Position numbers and translations under genes: made by a program. The notes under the pieces are model-generated. The model was given only the letters and a program-made list of their open reading frames with translations. It was not told the DNA's origin and made no database searches. A stretch of DNA of 64,000 nt from an uncultured Marinoscillum sp. (GTDB lineage: Bacteria > Bacteroidota > Bacteroidia > Cytophagales > MED-G16). Of this stretch, positions 57,614 to 64,000 are shown one piece after another; within the stretch, counting starts at the first letter, position 1, and each line of letters opens with the position of its first letter. The DNA is taken from NCBI GenBank assembly GCA_902634135.1, contig CACPJB010000002.1:24-64023 (forward strand), given 5' to 3'.

Positions 57614-57754
57614 CTAATATCAAAATATTTGTTTGTTAATTATTTAAATGATGGTAATTTAGGTTCTCCATAATCTTTTCTTTTTTTAAGTTAAATTTTT
57701 CTTTTTTTTCTAAAGATTTTCAGAATTACAATTTATATTGCAAAATAAATTTCC

Positions 57755-60568
57755 ATGCCTCGAGACAAGAGCATCAAGTCAATTTTAATCATCGGTTCAG
57801 GTCCTATTATTATTGGTCAAGCATGTGAATTTGATTATTCTGGATCCCAAGCATCAAGGTCATTAAGAGAAGAAGGAATTGAGGTTACTCTCATCAATTC
57901 TAATCCGGCTACAATCATGACAGATTCTGTTACAGCTGATAATATTTATTTAAAACCTCTAACAAAAAAATCAATAATTCAGATTTTAGAAAAACATAAA
58001 ATTGATGCAGTCCTTCCGACAATGGGTGGGCAAACTGCATTGAATTTAGCTATTGAATGTGATAAAGCTGGTATTTGGGAAAAGTATAAAGTGAGGATGA
58101 TTGGTGTAAATGTTGATGCAATTAATACAACTGAAGATAGAGAGCTCTTCAGATTAAAAATGAAAGAGCTGAATGTAAATGTATGTAAAGGAGAGATTGC
58201 CAAATCATATTTAAGAGGTAAAGAAATTGCACAAGAAATAGGTTTCCCATTAGTAATTAGACCATCCTTTACTCTGGGTGGATCTGGAGGAGGATTTGTT
58301 GAAGAAGAAAAAGATTTTGATAATGCTCTTAACCACGGATTAAATAAATCTCCTGTGCATGAAGTTCTAGTTGAACAAAGTGTTTTAGGATGGAAAGAAT
58401 ACGAGCTGGAGTTATTGAGAGATAATATAGGTAATGTAATTATTATCTGCTCTATAGAAAATTTTGATGCTATGGGTATTCATACTGGGGATTCTATAAC
58501 AGTTGCACCTGCTATGACCCTACCAGATACAGTTTATCAGGAGATGAGAAACTTGGCAATTAAAATGATGAATGGTATAGGTGATTTTGCTGGTGGGTGT
58601 AATGTTCAATTTGCTGTGAATCCAGAAACAGATGATATAATAGGAATTGAAATTAATCCTAGAGTTTCGCGATCTTCTGCCTTAGCTTCAAAAGCCACTG
58701 GTTATCCTATTGCTAAAGTTGCTGCTAAATTAGCTATTGGATATAACTTGGATGAATTAAAAAATCAAATTACAAAAACAACTTCAGCATTTTTTGAACC
58801 AGCTTTAGATTATGTGATTGTTAAAATTCCTAGATGGAATTTTGATAAGTTTAAAGGTTCAGACAGGAGATTAGGTCTTCAAATGAAGTCTGTTGGAGAA
58901 GCTATGGGAATTGGAAACAACTTTCAGGAAGCACTCCAAAAAGCTTGCCAATCTTTAGAAATAAAAAGAAATGGTCTAGGTGCAGACGGAAGAGAACTAA
59001 AAGATCAAAATAAATTATTGGAAAGTTTAAAAAATCCTAGCTGGAATAGACTCTTTCATATTTATGATGCTCTTAAATTAGGCTTACCTTTTAATACTAT
59101 TCAGCAGTTAACTAAAATTGACAAATGGTTCTTAAATCAGATAAATGAATTAGTGCTATTAGAGAAGGAAGCTCAAAATTATGATTTAGATTCTTTACCA
59201 AAAAACATTTTAAAACTAATGAAAGAAAAAGGGTATGCTGACAGGCAAATTGCTCATCTTCTAGGATGTCTTGAAAGTGAAATCTTTAACAAAAGAATGG
59301 AGCTCAATATTAAAAGAAATTATAAGTTAGTTGATACGTGTGCCGCAGAGTTTGAAGCAGCAACACCCTATTATTATTCTACTTTCGGTGATGAAAATGA
59401 ATCCGTATCTTCGGATAAAGAAAAAGTAATAGTAATAGGCTCAGGTCCAAATCGAATAGGCCAAGGAATTGAATTCGACTATTGTTGTGTTCATGGGGTA
59501 CTTGCAGCTAAAGAATGTGGATACGAAACAATTATGATTAATTGTAATCCAGAAACAGTCTCTACAGATTTTGACGTTGCAGATAAGTTATATTTTGAAC
59601 CAGTTTTTTGGGAGCATTTATATGAAATTATTTTACATGAAAAGCCAATTGGTGTAATTGTTCAACTTGGAGGACAGACAGCACTAAAGTTATCTGAAAA
59701 ATTAGATAAATATGGTATTAAAATTTTAGGGACTTCTTTTGATGCTTTGGATTTAGCAGAAGATAGAGGAAGATTTTCAGACTTATTGAAAGAGAATAAA
59801 ATTCCTTATCCTGAGTATGGTACCATAGATTCAGCTACTGATGCTATAGAATTGTCTAGAAAAATTGGGTTTCCACTTCTTGTTAGACCTTCATATGTTT
59901 TGGGTGGTCAGTCTATGAAAATAGTTATAAATGAAAAGGAGTTAGAGAAACATGTTGTCGATCTGATAAAAGATAAACCTGAAGGTAAAATTTTATTAGA
60001 CCACTTTCTGGAAGGAGCAATAGAAGCGGAAGCTGACGCAATATGTGACGGAAAAAATGTATATATAATTGGAATTATGGAACATGTTGAGCCAGCAGGG
60101 ATTCACTCGGGGGATTCAAATGCTGTACTGCCACCTTACAGTTTAGGTGATTTTGTAATTAATCAAATAAAAAAATATACAGAAAAAATTGCTATAGCAC
60201 TCAAGACAGTTGGACTTATAAATATTCAGTTTGCTATAAAGGATGATAAAGTTTATATAATTGAAGCAAACCCTAGGGCATCAAGAACTGTTCCATTTAT
60301 TTCTAAAGCTTACAAAGAGCCTTATGTAAATTATGCAGTAAAAATTATTCTTGGTAAAAAGAAGGTTACAGATTTTAAAATGAAACCTTATAAGAATGGT
60401 TATTCAATTAAAGAACCGGTCTTCTCATTTGATAAGTTTCCAAATGTTAACAAGGAACTTGGTCCAGAAATGAAATCCACAGGAGAATCGATTTATTTTA
60501 TTGATGATTTAATGGATGATTATTTTCTTGATATTTATTCAAAAAGAAATCTCTACCTTAGTAAATAA
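57755..60568 (+). CDS. carB: Carbamoyl-phosphate synthase large subunit
   Basis: IGSGPIIIGQACEFDYSG, GGQTALN, EINPRVSRSSALASKATG, second ATP-grasp, LGPEMKSTGE. Confidence 0.97.
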   Translation: MPRDKSIKSILIIGSGPIIIGQACEFDYSGSQASRSLREEGIEVTLINSNPATIMTDSVTADNIYLKPLTKKSIIQILEKHKIDAVLPTMGGQTALNLAIECDKAGIWEKYKVRMIGVNVDAINTTEDRELFRLKMKELNVNVCKGEIAKSYLRGKEIAQEIGFPLVIRPSFTLGGSGGGFVEEEKDFDNALNHGLNKSPVHEVLVEQSVLGWKEYELELLRDNIGNVIIICSIENFDAMGIHTGDSITVAPAMTLPDTVYQEMRNLAIKMMNGIGDFAGGCNVQFAVNPETDDIIGIEINPRVSRSSALASKATGYPIAKVAAKLAIGYNLDELKNQITKTTSAFFEPALDYVIVKIPRWNFDKFKGSDRRLGLQMKSVGEAMGIGNNFQEALQKACQSLEIKRNGLGADGRELKDQNKLLESLKNPSWNRLFHIYDALKLGLPFNTIQQLTKIDKWFLNQINELVLLEKEAQNYDLDSLPKNILKLMKEKGYADRQIAHLLGCLESEIFNKRMELNIKRNYKLVDTCAAEFEAATPYYYSTFGDENESVSSDKEKVIVIGSGPNRIGQGIEFDYCCVHGVLAAKECGYETIMINCNPETVSTDFDVADKLYFEPVFWEHLYEIILHEKPIGVIVQLGGQTALKLSEKLDKYGIKILGTSFDALDLAEDRGRFSDLLKENKIPYPEYGTIDSATDAIELSRKIGFPLLVRPSYVLGGQSMKIVINEKELEKHVVDLIKDKPEGKILLDHFLEGAIEAEADAICDGKNVYIIGIMEHVEPAGIHSGDSNAVLPPYSLGDFVINQIKKYTEKIAIALKTVGLINIQFAIKDDKVYIIEANPRASRTVPFISKAYKEPYVNYAVKIILGKKKVTDFKMKPYKNGYSIKEPVFSFDKFPNVNKELGPEMKSTGESIYFIDDLMDDYFLDIYSKRNLYLSK

Positions 60569-60747
60569 TGTTCAAGTTTTTATTATTTATATTCATACTT
60601 ATCTATGTTATTTATAAAATTTCAACATTTTATGTAAAAACATTTATAGGTAAATCAGTTAATAATTTTAAAAAATCTAAGGATGTTAAAAAGAATGGAA
60701 TATTAGATGAAGAGGGAGACTTTATCGATTATGAAGAAGTAGATTAA
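60568..60747 (+). CDS. DUF4834-like small membrane protein (59 aa, not in the ORF track)
   Basis: MFKFLLFIFILIYVIYKIS...EEGDFIDYEEVD; TAATG coupling to carB and characteristic G.(F/Y).DYEEV tail. Confidence 0.75.
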   Translation: MFKFLLFIFILIYVIYKISTFYVKTFIGKSVNNFKKSKDVKKNGILDEEGDFIDYEEVD

Positions 60748-60764
60748 ATTTCTAACTTTGCAAC

Positions 60765-61607
60765 ATGAATTGGTTTAGTAGAAAACAAAAAAATATTAAT
60801 ACACCAACCTCTCAGAAGAAAGAATTGCCTGATGGTATGTGGTATAAAACTCCTGGTGGTTCAATAGTTCATATTAGAGAATTAAAAAACAATTCCTTTG
60901 TTTGCCCTGAAGATGACTATCATGTTAGAATTGGATCTAAAGAATACTTCGAAATTCTTTTCGACAATAAATCATTTACAGAATTAGATAAAGATCTTAT
61001 GTCATCTGATCCCTTAAAGTTTTCAGACACTAAATCCTATAAAGATAGAGTTTCAAAATCTGTAAAATCTACAGGCCTAAATGATGCAATTAGAACTGCC
61101 TATGGAAAATTAGATGGTCATAAAATAGTGATTTCATGTATGGATTTTTCTTTCATTGGTGGATCTATGGGTTCTGTTGTAGGAGAAAAAATTTCTAGAG
61201 CCATAGATTTTTCTTTAAAAAGTAAAATGCCTTTAATGATAATTTCTAAATCTGGAGGAGCAAGGATGATGGAATCAACATATTCATTGATGCAAATGGC
61301 TAAAACATCTGCCAAATTATCACTTTTATCTAAAAATAAAATACCATATATTTCATTAATGACTGATCCAACAACAGGCGGGGTATCCGCTTCTTATGCT
61401 ATGTTAGGAGATTTTAATATTGCTGAGCCAGGAGCATTAATTGGATTTGCTGGTCCTCGTGTTATCAAGGAAACAATAGGCTCAAATCTTCCAAAGGGTT
61501 TTCAAAGATCAGAATTTTTAGTCGACCATGGTTTTCTTGATTTTATAGTGGATAGAAGAGATTTAAAAAACAAAATTTCTAAACTATTAAAGATGTTGAA
61601 AAACTAA
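60765..61607 (+). CDS. accD: Acetyl-CoA carboxylase carboxyltransferase beta subunit
   Basis: DPL.F.D...[45 protein letters not shown]. Confidence 0.96.
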   Translation: MNWFSRKQKNINTPTSQKKELPDGMWYKTPGGSIVHIRELKNNSFVCPEDDYHVRIGSKEYFEILFDNKSFTELDKDLMSSDPLKFSDTKSYKDRVSKSVKSTGLNDAIRTAYGKLDGHKIVISCMDFSFIGGSMGSVVGEKISRAIDFSLKSKMPLMIISKSGGARMMESTYSLMQMAKTSAKLSLLSKNKIPYISLMTDPTTGGVSASYAMLGDFNIAEPGALIGFAGPRVIKETIGSNLPKGFQRSEFLVDHGFLDFIVDRRDLKNKISKLLKMLKN

Positions 61608-61683
61608 TTTTTATTTTTTTTTAATTTATAATACATCAAATTATTTCTGATTTATATTTGTCAAAAATTTTAAGGAATTAATA

Positions 61684-62985
61684 GTGTCTTTAACAATTGC
61701 AACTTCAGTAGTCGCCTTCTCATTAGTGATATTATTACTTGTTTTTATCTTATTATTTGCACAATCAAAACTTGTTCAATCTGGTGATGTTAATATAGTT
61801 ATCAATGGTGATTCAGATAATCCAATCATTACATCAGCTGGCTCAACATTACTATCTACTTTATCAGCTCAAAAGATGTTTTTACCTTCAGCATGTGGAG
61901 GTGGAGGAACATGTGCTATGTGCAAATGTACAGTTTCTGAAGGTGGTGGTGATGTATTACCCACAGAAGTAGGTCATCTTTCAAGATCTGAAAAAGCAAG
62001 TAATGTGAGATTATCTTGTCAGGTTAAAGTAAAACAAGATATGAAGATTGAAATTCCAGAAGAAATTTTTGGAATAAAGAAATGGGAATGCGAAGTTGTA
62101 TCTAATTACAATGTTTCAACTTTTATTAAAGAATTTGTTGTAAAATTACCACCTGGAGAAACCTTAAACTTTGAGTCTGGTGGTTATATCCAAATTGATG
62201 TTCCTGAAACTGAAATAGATTTTAATGATATGGATATCACTCCTCATCCTGATCTTGGTCACAAAAAAGATGTATTTAAAGGAGATTGGGATAAATTTAA
62301 TTTATGGCCGCTTAAGATGAAAAATGATGAACCAATATTTAGAGCTTATTCTATGGCAAATCATCCTGCTGAAGGTAATATCATTATGCTAAATATTAGG
62401 ATAGCCACTCCTCCCTGGGATAGATTAAAAAATAACTGGATGGATGTTAATCCAGGTATTTGTTCCTCCTATGTTTTTTCGAGAAAACCTGGAGATAAAA
62501 TTTTTATATCTGGTCCTTATGGTGAGTTTCATATTAATGAGACACAAAGAGAGATGATTTATATTGGTGGAGGTGCAGGTATGGCCCCTTTAAGATCTCA
62601 TATTTTTCATTTGTTTCATACTCAAAAGACTAAGAGAAAGGTTTCGTATTGGTATGGAGGTAGGTCCAAAAAAGAATTATTTTATTTGGATCATTTTAAA
62701 AAAATAGAAAAGGATTTTAAGAACTTTAATTTTTATGTTGGTCTATCTGAACCTCTACCTGAAGATAATTGGTCTAAAAAAGAAAAATTAGAGGATAAAA
62801 AAGATGGGTATGAAGGGTTTATTCATCAAGTTTTATATGATAATTACTTGAGTAAACATAAAGAACCCGAGGATGTAGAATATTATTTGTGTGGTCCGCC
62901 TCTAATGAATCAGGCAGTTCTTAAAATGTTAGAAGACATGGGTGTTCCAGATGAAAATATCAGATTTGATGATTTTGGAGGTTAG
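61684..62985 (+). CDS. nqrF: Na+-translocating NADH:quinone reductase subunit F
   Basis: N-terminal TM, SACGGGGTCAMCKC 2Fe-2S motif, RAYSMAN, GGGAGMAP.RSH, CGPP.M, DDFGG. TATATTTG promoter at 61653. Confidence 0.96.
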   Translation: MSLTIATSVVAFSLVILLLVFILLFAQSKLVQSGDVNIVINGDSDNPIITSAGSTLLSTLSAQKMFLPSACGGGGTCAMCKCTVSEGGGDVLPTEVGHLSRSEKASNVRLSCQVKVKQDMKIEIPEEIFGIKKWECEVVSNYNVSTFIKEFVVKLPPGETLNFESGGYIQIDVPETEIDFNDMDITPHPDLGHKKDVFKGDWDKFNLWPLKMKNDEPIFRAYSMANHPAEGNIIMLNIRIATPPWDRLKNNWMDVNPGICSSYVFSRKPGDKIFISGPYGEFHINETQREMIYIGGGAGMAPLRSHIFHLFHTQKTKRKVSYWYGGRSKKELFYLDHFKKIEKDFKNFNFYVGLSEPLPEDNWSKKEKLEDKKDGYEGFIHQVLYDNYLSKHKEPEDVEYYLCGPPLMNQAVLKMLEDMGVPDENIRFDDFGG

Positions 62986-64000
62986 CATTCCATACTCTAA
63001 AAAAATTTTTATAACATATCTTTTCAATACTTTCTTTAGAATATCCTCTTTTAATTAAACCTTCTATTAAATTTATATACGCTGACACATCTTTTAAATT
63101 TTTGGGTAAAGAGTTGCCTAATCCATCGTAATCTGATCCAAAACCAATAAAATTATCACCAACCAAATTGTTTACATGATCTATTGCATCTAAAACATCT
63201 TCTAACTCTGCAAATGGATTTAATTTATTTATTAATGAGTCTTTATATTTTTCTAATTCTTCCGAATTTTTTTTTAATTTTTTTTTAACTCTCCATTTTT
63301 CAGCTATTTTATTTATTTGACTGAATAATTTATTTGATTTTGAGTTAACAAAACTTGAACCAAAATTGATTAATATAACTCCTTTATTTTTTGAAATTAA
63401 TTCAATCATTTTATCACTTAAATTTCTTTCAAAACCAGGTGTTAAGACTCTTGGTGATGAATGAGATGCAATTACTGGTTTATTTGTAATCATCATAATA
63501 TCTAAGAATGCATCATCAGAAATATGAGAAACATCTATCATCATCCCAATATCATTCATTTTTCTAACTAGGGATTTTCCGAAATCACTTAATCCACTCC
63601 ATTTTTTTTCTTTATCATATGATGAGTCACATATTTGATTGTTTTTTGCATGAGTAAGAGTTATGTATCTTATTCCTCGATTAAAAAAGTATGTTAAATT
63701 ATCAATGTTAGTTCCTATTGCAGAACCATTTTCTATCCCCATTGGTAAAGAAATTTGATTGTTTTTAAAATTTTTTATTACATCTTTTGGTGAATAGGCA
63801 GAACTAAATTTTTCGTTAGATTTTATTAAATTTCTAACTAAATCAATTAAATCATTTGCAAAATCATATGCTTCCTCCTCTAATTTTTCAGATGGAATAT
63901 AGATTGCCATAAAGGGACAATTTAGCCCTCCTTTTTCTGCTTTAGGTATATCAAAATTTCCTTTAGTTTCGTAGTTTAGATTAATATTTTTTTCATAAAG
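62960..64000 (-). CDS. Membrane dipeptidase (peptidase M19), 5'-truncated by the window
   Basis: GIENG, G.RYITLTH...N, IDVSH, ASHS, GSDYDG. Frame stays open to 64000 (..GNFDIPKA..GGL..FM). Confidence 0.9.
   Translation of the reverse strand, partial: LYEKNINLNYETKGNFDIPKAEKGGLNCPFMAIYIPSEKLEEEAYDFANDLIDLVRNLIKSNEKFSSAYSPKDVIKNFKNNQISLPMGIENGSAIGTNIDNLTYFFNRGIRYITLTHAKNNQICDSSYDKEKKWSGLSDFGKSLVRKMNDIGMMIDVSHISDDAFLDIMMITNKPVIASHSSPRVLTPGFERNLSDKMIELISKNKGVILINFGSSFVNSKSNKLFSQINKIAEKWRVKKKLKKNSEELEKYKDSLINKLNPFAELEDVLDAIDHVNNLVGDNFIGFGSDYDGLGNSLPKNLKDVSAYINLIEGLIKRGYSKESIEKICYKNFFRVWNANLQNHQI

Noticed and set aside
400-61315. Numerous 60-110 aa ORFs nested in or antisense to long genes (e.g. 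400-582, 2630-2848, 13908-14102, 24691-24924, 54878-55207, 61118-61315)
   Set aside because: They overlap well-supported genes and show no recognisable motifs.

Overview
A very AT-rich, gene-dense bacterial chromosome segment from a Bacteroidota genome. Support comes from TAnnTTTG -7 promoters, Bacteroidota-type lipoproteins and gene families, and near-zero intergenic spacing consistent with a streamlined, probably marine, Cytophagales-like lineage. Most of the window is housekeeping: lptC, a PpiD-like PPIase, rsmI, recX, gpmI, purK/purE, glnS, folE, gltX, secA, rplS, dapF, trmD-rimM-rpsP, sucAB, carB, accD, nqrF and one tRNA-Val(GAC). Accessory material includes a lipoprotein/sulfatase islet next to the tRNA and a cluster of exported hydrolases. 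The best leads are: (1) a lone, full-length but catalytically degenerate tyrosine integrase bracketed at both ends by paired TGTATCCT repeats; (2) a dispersed candidate phosphate-starvation regulon marked by 11-bp-periodic TTAA(C/T)A boxes upstream of a PiT-like transporter, a phytase, a TonB-dependent receptor and an unknown 86-aa Lys-rich exported protein that has the strongest array; (3) a block of core genes, including two aminoacyl-tRNA synthetases, that look Flavobacteriaceae-like in a Cytophagales-like backbone; (4) a COG4337-type metal-independent carbonic anhydrase candidate; (5) an apparent inversion splitting rpsP-rimM-trmD-rplS. All family calls come from motif recognition by eye; no searches were run.
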